A stretch of DNA of 64,000 nt. It comes from Octopus vulgaris. Its lineage: Eukaryota. Below, in pieces: positions 25,750 through 40,339 of this stretch. Every line of letters begins with the position of its first letter. Within the stretch, counting starts at the first letter, position 1. The position numbers and the translations under genes are program-made. The stretch spans positions 44,764,001 through 44,828,000 of the forward strand of contig OX597814.1 in NCBI GenBank assembly GCA_951406725.2, in the 5' to 3' direction. The notes below the pieces were generated by a model. It was not told where the DNA came from. It worked only from the letters and a program-made list of their open reading frames with translations, and searched no databases.

Positions 25750-26490
25750 TTCGTTCGCTGTGAAATATCAATGCGTTTAAACAATTCATATACATAAGCA
25801 TGATGCGAGGTAATTCTAGGAGAACGAGGTTCTAGGAAGGAAATAAGGACTGCAGTGGTCAGTGTAATGCTTGAAAGTGGGGGGAACAATCTGGTGAACG
25901 AGGGTGGAAGACATGAGTTAGTTGGAAGTAATAGGACACCTACTATGTTAGTGATAGAAAATGCAAGGATAGGGGACAGATCAGCTATCGCCCAGGGTTT
26001 GTGGCGTTTTATTGAACAAATTCATGTTAATCAGTCGACAATCTTTCTTTACGATATCTGTGTTTGAATTTGCAATGCGACACTATCCTCAATGTGGGAA
26101 TTATGCTACATTGATGGTTTCACCTGACTTTTGACGAAGTCATTTTCTTTCTTTTTTTTTTTCTCTGAGGAGGAAGACCAGTTTTTATGATGTTCCGGGT
26201 GTACGATCACCAGGACATAGCTCCATTACCACTCGTTTCTATGGACAGGAAGCCATTCGTCCAAGAGAGAAGAGATAGACAGACGCACCTCTTCGTAGGC
26301 AGGTACATTTTCCAGAAAAATTGCATGCTACACACAACCAAATGCTTCTCTGAAGAGTTCTGATGTCAACAAAACCATTACCAAAGGCCCGGTTGATATT
26401 CTGTAGAGCCTCTGCAGCAGAATGACCCAGTTTGTACTCATACAAGAAAGTCACTCAACTTCGTTTTGTTGTTATCATTTTCATAAGGTC
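25750..26490 (-). pseudogene. Old mariner (Mos1/Hsmar-type) transposase relic
   Basis: FLYEYKLGHSAAEALQNINRAFG..VDIRTLQR helix-turn-helix; weaker KSGETIN and HPRSPD traces downstream. Confidence 0.65.
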
Positions 26491-27623
26491 TGTGGGTACA
26501 AATTTTGTATACTAGTATTGTTTGCAAAGAAAAAGAGTCAAGATTAAATGTAAGATTAAATGCAAGATTATGTGCAAAGGTATACATAATTGAGCTTTTA
26601 AATAACTGAAATAACAAGTAATTAAAAATGCGCCACTTCGTGTGTGACAACCTAATACTAACTAAATCGGGCTTGAGTATGCTACGCCAAAGAAATATTC
26701 CCGACCCATATCGATAGATATTCCCTTGAATGCAAACAAGCTTGTACATTAATTCTGTGAAATTAATTTTTATTCTTTTCAACATTTACCCTTTTTCTTA
26801 GAGAAGTCTAACGGTAACGTTACGTTTCCATTCTCTTTCTCCAGCAGAGAATAAAGTTTCAAATGACAGAGAATATTTTTAATTTATCATTTAGTACATC
26901 TCCATTTAACATATTTTCGGCATGCAATAATATTCCATATAGATCTTGCCTTAATATAAAGTATATGAATTACATCGATATTTTTTCATTGTCGATTATT
27001 TCAACACCAGAATAATCTGACAAGACAATATTTATAATTAATCATAAGGACTTTTAGTCGTGTTAACATGATCATTCAAAGATGATAAATGGTTTCTAAG
27101 ATTGCCGAGGAATAAATACATAACATTGCGATAGGAATGTTAAATTATAGTACGTATGTTCCGATATACATTCACATAACAGCGACACACGAACACATAT
27201 ATGCTTAGGAAATATAAAGAGGTATTTCTGAAAATATTTCGAGATGTATATATAATATATACTATTTCTTCCTCCCCCCAGTCCCTCTCTCTCTATATAT
27301 GTATCTTTCTCTTTCACTCTCTATCTCTCTCCCCCTCTCTCTCTCTCTCTTCTTAAAATAGAATAGATAAAGAGAGAAAATGAAATATTGAAAGACAGAA
27401 AGAGAGAGAAAGAGTGATAGAGAGAAGAATTGAGACATTACTAGTACTTTTTTTAACGACTCACAAAAGTGAAATTGAATTCGACGGGATTTGAACTCAG
27501 GCAGAAGAGGGTTCAATGTAATGTCATACGGTGTTCTATACAAAACTCTAACAAATCTGTCAACTCATGACCATTGTACACACACACCCATGCATACAAA
27601 CGCATACACACATACACGTACAT

Positions 27624-27844
27624 GCGAGGTGGTAACTGGAAAGTTCCTACCTTTTGACAAAAGAAATTACAAGAGCATTAGTTAATTATGATTATATTCA
27701 ACGTATTCAACTCACAGATTCACACACTTAATGCAGCAGCCCTTCAGTTTTTCTAAGCTCTGTAAAAGAACTCGGAAGCTTGAGAGACTCCAACCAGGCC
27801 TTTCGCGAAACCCTTAAAGCCAAGAACTTTTCAACACGCCCTCC
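27624..27844. mobile_element. Mariner-derived MITE
   Basis: Imperfect TIRs CGAGGTGGTAACTGGAAAGTTC / GAACTTTTCAACACGCCCTCC; about 220 bp. Confidence 0.55.
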
Positions 27845-27883
27845 TATATACAAAGAGACGTGCCTATACTGTATTTATGTAAA

Positions 27884-28112
27884 GGCGTCGAGCTGGCAGA
27901 AACGTTAGCAAGCCGGACGAAATGCTTTGTGGTATTTCGTCTACCGTTACGTACTGAGTTCAAATTCTGCCGAGGTCGACTTTGCCTTTCATCCTTTCGG
28001 GGTCGATAAATAAAGTACCAGTTACGCACTGAGGTCGATGTAATCGAATTAATTTCTTTGTCAGTCCTTGTTTGTCCTCTCTATGTTTAGCCCCTTGTAG
28101 GCAATAAAGAAA
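27884..28112 (+). mobile_element. tRNA-derived SINE family B monomer (central domain resembles MetaSINE)
   Basis: GGCGTCGAGCTGGCAGAA...GAGTTCAAATTC head; GTCGACTTTGCCTTTCATCCTTTCGGGGTCGATAAA core; several copies in the window. Confidence 0.85.
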
Positions 28113-29391
28113 TATATACTGTATTTATGTATGTAACGAAGAATTTACGCAAGTCCTGCTTCGTCCATCTCTCTAACACATTTTCTGTCTACCTGTCTTA
28201 CTATCAGTCGATCAGTTTCCCTGTTTCTACATTTTGCAAAATATGAATGAATGTGGGGGAGGGGGCACATATAAATTTCTTCTGAATCGCATAATTAAAT
28301 TAAGTTTTTCAATAAACATATTTTCAATGTATGTGTCTAAAATGACAATGAATTAAATTGAATTTGAATTTAAAGGTAAAAAAACAGCTAATTTAAATGT
28401 TTGCTAATGTTTAGACCAACCATGCATGTGTGTATGTATAGTGTATGTGTGTTTGTATAGTGTATGTGTGTATGTATGTACGTATGGATGTATGTATTTA
28501 TGAATGCACTTACACACACATTCGCACATACACACGCATATATGTAAACAAGCGTACCAATAGGAAGAGACACACAAACAGAAAAGGCGAATAAACCCAC
28601 GGATAGATAGACAGCAGGATATATACATACAATTCAAACTATGCATTATAAGTACTTTTGTATGTTTGGGTTAAAACGTGCGTATATGTGTGTGTAAACT
28701 CACGCTTATTTGTGTGTAATTAATTTGTACGATGGCTATGTCTCCATATGACAAGTCCAGTCAGATAGAAAATAAACAAAAAATAATTAATAAATAAATA
28801 AACAAATGACATCGAAAAACAGCTGCAATTATGTCAATCCTATTATTTGTTATGAACAAAATGGGCCACAATTTGTTGGAATAACAACAATATCAACTTT
28901 CAACAAATATGTCAGTTTCTTATAGCATTTGTAGTGGAATATAACAACATACGTACAGAAAGAGCGTACTAGTTATTTCCGTGATATGTATCTAATTCAT
29001 AAAGAAAAATTGTTTTATATGCAGCCGCTGCCAAGATGCTGACGCTCAACAATTCAACATTTCAAATCTGACAGTAAATTTTACCTGGAGATAAATAACA
29101 TTTCTCTGCTGTAGAATGATACACATTCGGTTTCCTTTTGTCCCTGGCTCTCACTGGAACATTGGGAAATGAAATATCTTGCAAATATAACGCCTCAAGC
29201 AGTGTTCCATGTAGATCTCATTTATTTAGCGTTTTCACCGGATATAGCTTTCGATATCCTATAGTTATTTTCACTGTCTTTTACTGCTCACTCATATGAC
29301 TACCAATTCTTTGCCTTCATGTGTCTCAATGATTTCTAAATGAAACCAGTGTAATATATCATCTTGAACAAGAGCAGTCAACAGTGGTGTT

Positions 29392-29430
<39 letters not shown>

Positions 29431-29465
29431 CAGTCTGTCTCTATATGCATACAAGTTATACATAA

Positions 29466-29496
<31 letters not shown>

Positions 29497-30123
29497 CATA
29501 CATACATACATACATATATACATACATACATATATACATACAGACAGACAGACATACATACATACATACATACAGACAGACAGACAGACATACGAACTAT
29601 AGAGAAATTTACAGTTAAGTTATCCAGATTACGAGTTCAGCTTTATATCTATAATTATTGAGGCACTGGGATAGGTAACACACTGCCTAAGAACCAATCT
29701 AGAGAAATTAGGCTTCTCAAAACCAGAAGGGAGAAATCTGATTCGAAACCTTGAGATCCAAGCCATCACTGGAACTGTAAATATTTGTAAAACTTTCCAG
29801 AAGTTTATCATTTAAGTATATATGAGAATATCTAAATATACAACTATATGCACGAGAAGGCATACATAAAACAAAAGATACGAATGTGCACATATGCATA
29901 TATACATACAAATCTGCACATATAAATATCTGCATGCATGCATTCAAACATTCATACATACGTAAATGTATACATGCATTCATATATACATACATAATAC
30001 ATGCATATATGCATGCATACATACATATATACATACATACAAACATACATACATACATACATGCATACATACATACATACGTCCGTACAAATCACCCACA
30101 AGCGTATGACAGCTAATGTCATA

Positions 30124-30460
30124 TACGTGATCTGATCAATAAATATACAAACTGTTGCCATAGTAATAAAGCTAAAGCACTCAGAGTAAAGTCTCTTGGC
30201 ACAGATTGACCTTGAACTCTGCTGTGCATGTGCACTAAGTTGTAATGCTCTAGCCCTCTTCTGCTCTTCAGAGCAGTGCTTGGGAGTAACGTGTGTAATG
30301 TGTGATCGTTGCATTGACCATGACATAGAAATTTGAGCAGAGAATCTGCATCAAATTTTGCCGAAAGTTTGGCGATATCTGCTCAGAGGCCTACGCAAAG
30401 TTTTCAAAAATTTTTATCGTTTCTGACATAATCAAGGAGATATTGTACGACTGGAACTTA
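30124..30460 (+). mobile_element. Non-autonomous mariner-like fragment
   Basis: KFEQRICIKFCRKFGDICSEAY at about 30328-30395 matches a mariner transposase N-terminus. Confidence 0.55.
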
Positions 30461-30469
30461 TATGTTTAA

Positions 30470-30508
<39 letters not shown>

Positions 30509-30586
30509 TGTATACGTGTGTGTATGCGTGCGTGTGTGTGTGTGTGTGTTTGTGTGTGGGGATATAAGAGATATCCTACAACATAC

Positions 30587-30614
30587 AGACGAAAACTGAA
30601 AGAAGCCCGTTGTA

Positions 30615-30663
<49 letters not shown>

Positions 30664-30881
30664 TTGTATGTCTGTGTTTGTTCCCCTAGCATTGCTTGAC
30701 AACCAATGCTGGTGTGTTTATGTCCCTGTTACTTAGCGGTTCAGCAAAAGAGACCGTTAGAATAAGTACTGGGCTTACAAAAAGAATAAGTCCCGGGGTC
30801 GAGTTGCTCGATTAAAGGCGGTGCTCCAGCATGGCCGCAGTCAAATGACTGAAACAAGTAAAAGAGTAAAGAGTAAAAGAG
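30587..30881 (+). mobile_element. 5'-truncated SINE family A
   Basis: High similarity to 2536-2830 and 37991-38260. Confidence 0.85.
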
Positions 30882-31509
30882 TATGACACTATGATGTTAT
30901 ATTTCTTCATTCGTTTCTTAGTAATTGTACTTACATATCTATGATTCACTGTTAGCATAATCTCTGAATGTAATTCTCTTAAAAGTCACGTGTTGACAAG
31001 GTATGCAATCTATTTGCAATTGCTTTGCTTCTTCATTTGTTTTTCACTCGCACTTCTGTATCTTTGAATTTATACTTTCCAAACTCTTTTTCAGCCTCAG
31101 GTGCGAATGAAATTGTATTGAAGACAAAGATTAACTATAAAATTTTAATACAGTGCCTTTAAACTGTTGCTCAACGTACGACAAATAACTTCAAAATTTT
31201 TATGAAACCATATCTGAGAGATTATTTAGATGTTCGATACAACTGCGGAACATAACAACTGTTGAGACATTGCGGTCTAAATAGATAGATAACAGTCCTG
31301 ATTATAGAAACACCGTAACTATAGAAAACATGGTATGGCTATGGCTGAAAGAGAGAGCTAGCTTGCAGGTAAACAGCTGTAAGGAAGTTCACAGAGGAGA
31401 ATATAATCCTTGATATTAAACAAAAGAAGGCTTGTAAGACACTTGAGTATACACCTATACACCTGGTTGATCAGAGTGGACGAGATTATCAATATCATCA
31501 TCATCAATG

Positions 31510-31894
31510 GAAGCACTCCGTCGGTTACGACGACGAGGGTTCCGGTTGATCCGAAACAACGGAACAGCCTGCTCGTGAAATTAACGTGTAAGTGGCTGAG
31601 CACTCCACAGACACGTGTACCCTTAACGTAGTTCTCGGGGATATTCAGCGTGACACAGAGAGTGACAAGGCCGGCCCTTTGAAATACAGGTACAACAGAA
31701 ACAGGAAGTAAGAGTGAGAGAAAGTTGTGGTGAAAGAGTACAGCAGGGATCACCACCATCCCCTGCCGGAGCCTCGTGGAGTTTTTTAGGTGTTTTCGCT
31801 CAATAAACACTCACAACGCCCGGTCTGGGAATCGAAACCGCGATCCTATGACCACGAGTCCGCTGCCCTAACCACTGGGCCATTGCGCCTCCAC
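31510..31894 (-). mobile_element. tRNA-headed SINE family C with a 12-bp target-site duplication
   Basis: Head GTGGAGGCGCAATGGCCCAGTGGTTAGG...GGTTTCGATTCCC; TCATCATCAATG at 31498-31509 and 31895-31906. Confidence 0.88.
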
Positions 31895-32037
31895 TCATCA
31901 TCAATGTTCAACATAACAATTACAATTCTCCGTCAGACTAATTCTTTCCCTCACTCTTTCTCTGTCTGTTTCTGTTTCTCTTCGTTTCTTTCTACTCTGT
32001 TTCTCAGTCTGTATTTCTCTCTCATTTTTTCTTTTCC

Positions 32038-32088
<51 letters not shown>

Positions 32089-32227
32089 TTATGGTTTGTG
32101 TCCCTATTTCTCCTGGTTTTGTTCTTTCTATGTCCAGCTTACGACAATGTTTTACCTTTCTACGTCTGGCTACCATTCCATTAATGAAGCACATAAGCAC
32201 ACACATACACACACATACTCACACACA

Positions 32228-32261
<34 letters not shown>

Positions 32262-32282
32262 CACACACACACACACACACAT

Positions 32283-32324
<42 letters not shown>

Positions 32325-32622
32325 AAATTTCTGAAACAAATCTAGAATATTTTTCAGTTGCTGACACGAAAACGTTAGTTTACTCTTTATCTCTCACTTA
32401 CTTTCCCTTTCGTCCCATCTTTGGTTCCGACTTCCCCTCTCTGCCTCCTTCAGTGTGTGTGTGCGTGTTAACATGTGTGTGTGTTTGTGGTTGCATGCGT
32501 GCAATCTACATACATATACAGTTGCATTGTAACATCTTACTAACCTCGACATTTTCACTTTACTTACTCTTGTATCATCGAAGACTGATCTCTTTCTCAT
32601 TCTCTCCTCCACTTTCTTTCAT

Positions 32623-32679
<57 letters not shown>

Positions 32680-33929
32680 GTTTCTCCCCTTCACTCTCAT
32701 AAGCCCTCCCAAACACGATATTGCTCAAACAGTTTGTCTTACTTATCACGCTCTATTTTCTTTCTTTTTTTTTTAACGGTTACCCTACTTGTTATCTCAA
32801 GTTAATTAATACACTATTGTTACATTGGCTTTCCAGTTTGACAAAATTTCCTTAATCAACTGACCGCTTTGCCACTGAATTTTTAATGTGAGAAATGGGA
32901 AATCATATTATTGGAATTAGCACCTCTTTTATGGAAGGTCACGAACAAAAATGTCTAAAACAATCTACAGTATACTATTGCCACTGAATTAAATTAGAAA
33001 ATTAGGCAACAATAGGTAAAGCTAAAGGGTTCTTTTGTTAAGTTTCCAATTCATAGAACTGTCCCTGAAGGTATATGTTAGCATTGATTGCCGAGTGGTT
33101 AAGAACTTCACATTGCAACCATGTGAATTCTGGCTCGATCCCAATATGCTGCACTTAAGGCATATATATATATATTTTTTTTTTTTATGTAACCTTCAAG
33201 TGATAAACACCCCATGAGTAAGATTTGACAGGTGGAACAGGTGAAATGCAGAGCGGCAAGAGACTAACGCAACCAAAATAATGTTTTTTTTATTTCCCAC
33301 AAAGGGATAACACAGAAAAGGATAACACAATCTGACTGGGATCAGATGGACGAATTGATATTACATTAACCAAAATAATGTGTGTGTATGTGTGTGTGTA
33401 CTATTGGGGGCATTGATTAGTGTAATGACCGTTGCTTCCATCATTCGTCGCCCTTTTTAACGGGTGGAATTCTGTTGAGCATAGGTGAGTCTTCTAATGT
33501 GTTTATGTACATTTGATAATGTTGTGAAACAGAATATGTTACAATTAATCTTTGTACCTTGTTTTATGTGCAACAGCGAAATTGTGACTTTTTTATGTGG
33601 CCAATACAAAAGTTGGAAAAATGAAGTTTACAGCTAACTCTTTTCCAATTAAAATGGTCAATAGTTACTTGTCGACTGAGTCATGTAGAATAATTAACGC
33701 ATTGCTAGTACCTTTTAACATGTAGTATCTAATGCATCTGTTGCAAATTATTTTTGGTTCTATTGTTGTATGTCTTGATCTATTAGTTCATTTTGAAAAC
33801 CACAGACATAACTCGCAACTAGCATGACCTTGTATATCATGTTTTCATTAACTGTTTTAGGTCCCTATGTAGTCGCGAGCAAACATAGATAGGATCTCGG
33901 CCCTTCCATTCTTGATCCAGGATATGGTA

Positions 33930-34090
33930 GCTGGCGATAGAGCAGGCTGCTCCATCACTTGGCTGCCACCCATTTTCAATGAGTCGACTGAAGCAACGTA
34001 AAAGTATTTGCCTAGCTCAAGGACACAACGCATTCCCGCTGTAGGAATCAAGCCCACCTCCTTATGATCATGAGCACTAGGTCCTAAATA
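33930..34090 (-). mobile_element. Old SINE fragment related to the 62736 copy
   Basis: GACTGAAGCAACG...GCTCAAGGACACAACG...GGAATCAAGCCC. Confidence 0.6.
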
Positions 34091-34776
34091 ATAGACTGAC
34101 GTTCCTGATTAGTGCCTTTTGTTCCATGGATTTATTTACTTACTCTACGTTCCTGGAAGAGAATTCAAAGATTCTTCTAAGTCTGGAATTTACCACAAAA
34201 ATGCTTTAATTTAGTGGCGGGGGGGTATTTGCTTTCTCCGTGTAAGTATACTTATTTATTCGTGTGTTTGATGTAAATGACATGGTGCATCTGAAATCTC
34301 AATCTCTAGAAGTCATTTTATTGTGTGCATGCCTATGTGTGTGTGTGTATGTGTGTGCATAAATGTTAAGAGAAGAATGAGAGAACGATAGAGAAAAGGA
34401 GGCAGTATAAGCTAATATATCAAACTATATCTTCGCTTTTCTGCTATACATTGCAACTCCCACTCTTTATTCTTCTATAGTCAACGCCGTCTCTTCTCAA
34501 ATTCCTTTGCGCACAATAACACCCTAAGCGCTTTTCTTATTTATGAGACTTTTTTTTTTTACTCTGTATGATGAACTTATTTGTTACCGATAACGGTGTT
34601 AATTATAATACTATTGACGTAATGGCTTTTCAGTATAGCAATATTTCATTAATCAACTGACCGCTCGCCATTGAATTTTTAATGCAAGTCGTAAGAAATA
34701 ATTTTCTGAATAGCACCTAACCTAGTATATGATGATCCACGCGTAAAAATTTCTAAAACACCATACTGCTTACTAA

Positions 34777-35570
34777 GGCGGCGAGGTAGCAGAAACGTTA
34801 GCACACCGGGCGAAATGCATAGCGGTATTTCGTCTGCTATTACGTTCTGAGTTCAAATTCTGCCAAGGTCGACTTTGCCTTTCATCCTTTCGGGGTCGAT
34901 TAAATAAGTACCAGTTACGCACTGGGGTCAGTATAATCGACTTCATCCGTTTGTCTGTCCTTGTTTGTCCTCTCTGTGTTTAGCCCTTTGTGGGTAGTAA
35001 AGAAATAGGTATTTCGTCTGCCGCTACGTTCTGAGTTCAAATTGCACCGGGGTCGACTTTGCCTTTCATACTTACGTGGTCGATAAATTAAGTACCAGTT
35101 GCACACTGGGATGGATATAATCGACTTAATCCGTCTGTCTGTCTGTTCTTGTTTGTTTCCTCTGTGTTTAGCCCCTTGTGGGTAGTAAAGAAATAGGTAT
35201 TTCGTCTGCCGTTACGTTCTGAGTTCAAATTACGCCGAGGTCGACTTTGCCTTTCATCCTTTCGAGGTCGATAAATTAAGTACCAGTTACGCACTGGGGT
35301 CGATACAATCTACTTAATCCGTTTGTCTGTTCTTGTTTGTCCTCTCTGTGTTTAACCCCTTGTGGGTAGTAAAGAAATAGGTATTTCGTCCGCCGTTACG
35401 TTCTGAGTTCAAATTCCGCCGAGATCGACTTTGCCTTTCATCCTTTCGGGATAGATAAATTAAGTACCAGTTACGCACTGAAGTCGATGTAATCGACTTC
35501 ATCCGTTTGTCTGTCCTTGTTTGTCCTCTCTGTGTTTAGCCCCTTGTGTGTAGTAACGAAATAGGTATTT
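34777..35570 (+). mobile_element. SINE family B head plus four head-to-tail body units of 184-188 bp
   Basis: Units start at 34825, 35009, 35197 and 35381, with a fifth GTATTT at 35565. Confidence 0.93.
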
Positions 35571-36007
35571 TGCTCCTCTCACTACTACTGCTGCGGCTGC
35601 TGCTGTTGTCATTCCTACCGCTGTTAGTGTTTCCTCTACTGTTGTTATTACTGTTCGTTGTACTTCGTACCATGACAATCTTGTTCTTCTCCTCCTCCCC
35701 TTCCCCTGTATTGTTGCCCGTCATAGATTGAAGGGGAAAAAGTCATCATCTATTACCGTATTGGTAGAAGGATTTGTTTTGTTTTTCCTCAACTCTCAAA
35801 ACGTGCTTTGCCATCTTGCTGAGTTGTATTGATTCCATTAAATTTTAACGCCCACCGAATTTATTTGGTGGGCTGAAGATCGCGCCTCTATTCACGACTT
35901 GGAATAAAAAGGTTATTGCAAAAAGACACCAGACAGGGTGTAAATAAATATTTTAAACTGAACTTACTTGGAGCGGTCGAAAACACTTTCGATGTGTTCC
36001 GCAGGAA

Positions 36008-37032
<1,025 letters not shown>

Positions 37033-37199
37033 AATAATAATAATAATAGTAATATATAATATATTATATGTAATATATAATATATGATATTATATCATTA
37101 ATGTAAAGAATAATGGCATAATGTCAACAACAATATTAGTAGTAGAATTTGTAGTATCAAAAGTAACAGGAACAAGATAATCTCTGCAACATTAATACC

Positions 37200-37985
37200 A
37201 AACATTATAACTAGTAGTTTTCTCTGAATACATTCCAAGGGAATTGACTACAGCAGTCAAGTAAGTAAAAACAATAATAATCTTGTCAATTGTCAGCCTA
37301 CTTTCTAAACTTCTAATATTATCATACGGAATTCCAACTGGGCACGTGGAAACTATAATATCGGAGATATGAGGGAATATGGTTAACCTTCGCACCGTTG
37401 ATTGCATAGCTATAACACTTATAATTGCACTTATTCTTATGTAGTTGTAGATTATGCAAATATTCACGACCGCACCAGCTGTCCTAGCTCCCACGGCCCT
37501 AATAATAATATTGTTAATAATGATATTAGTCATAATGCCCATTACGAAATATTGAGCAGTTTACAAAAAATTGTTGGTTTTGGCTATAATCAACGCTCTC
37601 TACCGTGCTTAACTGGTACTAATTATGCTGGCAGACAATCGTCTCCTAAATTGAGTAACTTCAAAAATAAATCTTTATGTCCTTTTAACAGCTTGTGCTT
37701 GACACAAAATATTATATATAAATGTGATATACTAATTGATACAAATACTTTCACTTATATAGGCTCAACCTCATGTAACTTCAAGTAGAGACTTTACAGC
37801 ATTTCTTTTTCCTTTAAAAATCGAGATATTGTTTGTTTGCCACTTGCAGGAAAAGTGTAGGAATTGAAAGATAAGAAAAACATTCAGTCCCACATTTCCT
37901 GAAATATTATGAGAAAAGGAACACCAAACACAAATGAAGGCACGGTTGCACACATTGCTGCGCCAAATTGTGGGAAATCCTCAAA
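37200..37985 (+). pseudogene. Penelope-like element C-terminal GIY-YIG endonuclease remnant
   Basis: NKSLCPFNSLCLTQNIIYKCDI...TFTYIGSTSCNFK*R; truncated by the SINE at 37991. Confidence 0.8.
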
Positions 37986-37990
37986 CGTAT

Positions 37991-38203
37991 CTCTTTTACT
38001 CTTTTTTTTCTCTTTTTACTTGTTTCAGTCATTTGACTGCGGCCATGCTGGAGCACCACCTTTAGTCGAGCAAATCGACCCCGGGACTTATTCTTTGTAA
38101 GCCCAGTACTTATTCTATCGGTTTCTTTTGCCGAACCGCTAAGTGACGGGGACGTAAACACACCAGCATCAGTTGTCAAGCAATGCTAGAGGGACAAACA
38201 CAA

Positions 38204-38234
<31 letters not shown>

Positions 38235-38397
38235 CATATATACGACAGGCTTCTTTCAGTTTCCATCTACCAAATCCACTCACAAGGCATTGGTCGGCCC
38301 GGGGCTATAGCAGAGGACACTTGCCCAAGATGCCACGCAGTGGGACTGAACCCGGAACCATGTGGTTGGTTAGCAAGCTACTTACCACACAGCCACT
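37991..38397 (-). mobile_element. SINE family A, near full length
   Basis: Homologous to 2536-2970. Confidence 0.88.
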
Positions 38398-38603
38398 GTT
38401 CTTAATAAATCGAGGGTGCTAAGGAAAAGTGCTTGCATAATATTAACGTATATCCGCATACTTTAAACTTGTTACGGAATCTGCCTCTTGCAGCGCGCCC
38501 AAACCTTATATATGTATCCACTGTCGTAGCTGTATATATTATCTAATTCTTTGAGTGGCTTCCTTCTTGCTGCTCTGCCATATTAGCCAAGTTAGTGGAG
38601 ATA

Positions 38604-39868
38604 CGAGGGACGTTCAATAAGTAATGCCCCTGACTCACTTGCGTTTGTTTGATCTAGCTGAAATTTTGCATGTGCACTTATTTATACCTCTATAAATTAA
38701 GTGGCGAATTACAGCTCTAATTGTGGTTTCTGATTTACAGGTGTTTGAACTGAGTCAAGTGTGAAATGGAGCCTGTTGAGTGTCGAGCAGTGATCTGGTT
38801 TTTGTATTTGAAAGGACGCACACCACGGGAGACTTTTGATGAAATGAATGTAACTTATGGTGATGATGCCCCATCATATGACCTTGTAAAACGCTGGCAT
38901 TGTGAATTCAAACATTGTCGGAATTATGTGGAAACAGCTCCCAGATCTGGTCGTCCCCTTCTGCCGTTGATGAGACGTCTGTCCGTCAAGTTGAGGCTGC
39001 CATTTTTGAAGGTCAACGCATAACTATTCGCCAAATAGCCCATAAGGTCAAGATTAGTACCGGGTCTGTGGAAACTATCATTCATGACCATTTGCATATG
39101 CAAAAGGTGTCTGCCAGATGGATTTCCAGGTTGCTCACACCTTTCCAGAAGCAAGAACGCGTTGAGTGCTCGAGGATGAATTTGGAGATGTGCCAAGAAG
39201 ATGAGTCAAAATTTTTCAAAAGACTGATCACACAGGATGAAACCTGTGTCCATCACTATGATCCATAGACCAAAGCCCAGTCAATGCAGTGAAAGCACCG
39301 TGACTGACCTCCTCCAAAGAAGGCAAGGGTGCAGCCCTCCGCTGACAAGGTTATGCTCACAGTCTTCTGGGACCAGGACGGAGTAGTGATGACAGATTTA
39401 CTGGCAAAGGGTACCACAATTACAGCAGCCTATTATGCTTCACTTTTGAGGAAATTAAGAGGAGCTATCAAAATCAAGAGGCGGGGCAAGATCAGCAAAG
39501 GCATCCTCCTCCTGCAGGACAACGCTCCGGTCCACAACTCGCGTGTCGCCAGATCAGAAGCACAGGCGTGCAGCTATGAACTCCTCCCCTTGCACCCTCT
39601 GATTTTCACCTCTTCCCAGCCATGAAGTTGATTTTGAAAGGAAAGCGTTTCCCAGATGATGCAGCCTTGATTTCTGAAGTCACGTCGTGGTTGGAGGACC
39701 AAGCTGGGGTCTTCTACAAAAACGGTCTCCAGAGCTGTATCAAACGATGGGAGAAATGCATAACTCTGGGTAGTTCCTATGTAGGAAAAGACTAATAACT
39801 GTGCCAAGTGTCGTTGCTCTACTGCTATGGGAAGTGGGTCAGGGGCATTACTTATTGAACGCCCCTAG
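38604..39868 (+). mobile_element. Full-length mariner transposon (1265 bp) with TIRs and a TA duplication
   Basis: TA|CGAGGGACGTTCAATAAGTAATGCCCCTGAC ... GTCAGGGGCATTACTTATTGAACGCCCCTAG|TA. Confidence 0.96.
38766..39795 (+). pseudogene. Mariner D,D34D-type transposase, inactivated
   Basis: KVSARWISRLLT, ITQDETCVHHYDP, KVMLTVFWD, LLQDNAPVH, LAPSDFHLF; frameshift near 38955, stops, and deletion of the HPPYSPD motif. Confidence 0.93.
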
Positions 39869-40291
39869 TACCTGACAGCTGTTCTGGGACTGACATCAAT
39901 TTGTTCTGCTATGTAATAGGCTTTACAATGAGGATTATCGTCCACTCTTCACTTAACAAGCCAAAGGGTGCTGTCAGAGGGCCCTGGTCGACGTGGCCAA
40001 GGTGATGTTGACTCCTTCTGCTTTGGGGTAAATTACACAATCACCCTATTTACTGTAGAAAACGGAATCCTAAGGTTTTCGGCGATTTCACCATCAGATT
40101 GCCCTGCAGTATGGTCTCTTTGAAATTTGAACAGTTCCAAGACTTCTTTTGTCCGTGGCATGATTAAACAGTCACATACGGAACCTGAAGCATAAAAATG
40201 TCCATTAATAAAAATATAAACATTTTCAAGTTAAGATAAACAAAATAATGTTTTATAGGGTATCCATTTACTTCTGTAATGTCTGTGTATT

Positions 40292-40339
<48 letters not shown>

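Larger units (their letters stand above)
38430..40165 (-). pseudogene. Tc1-like transposase N-terminal relic interrupted by the mariner
   Basis: Joining the flanks on the minus strand gives MPRTKE...[18 protein letters not shown]...DVSPRTAVR|YLH*LG*YGRAARRKPL. Confidence 0.75.

Noticed and set aside
29010-29100. Possible exon after TTTTATATGCAG
   Set aside because: All frames stop quickly and there is no strong donor; it cannot be supported without transcripts.
31820-31894. tRNA gene (also the heads at 2900-2970, 38330-38397 and 62915-62990)
   Set aside because: A/B boxes are present but they run into SINE bodies and lack a proper acceptor stem.
34825-35570. CRISPR-like or satellite interpretation of the tandem array
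   Set aside because: There are no unique spacers or cas genes, and the units are SINE bodies found dispersed elsewhere in the window.
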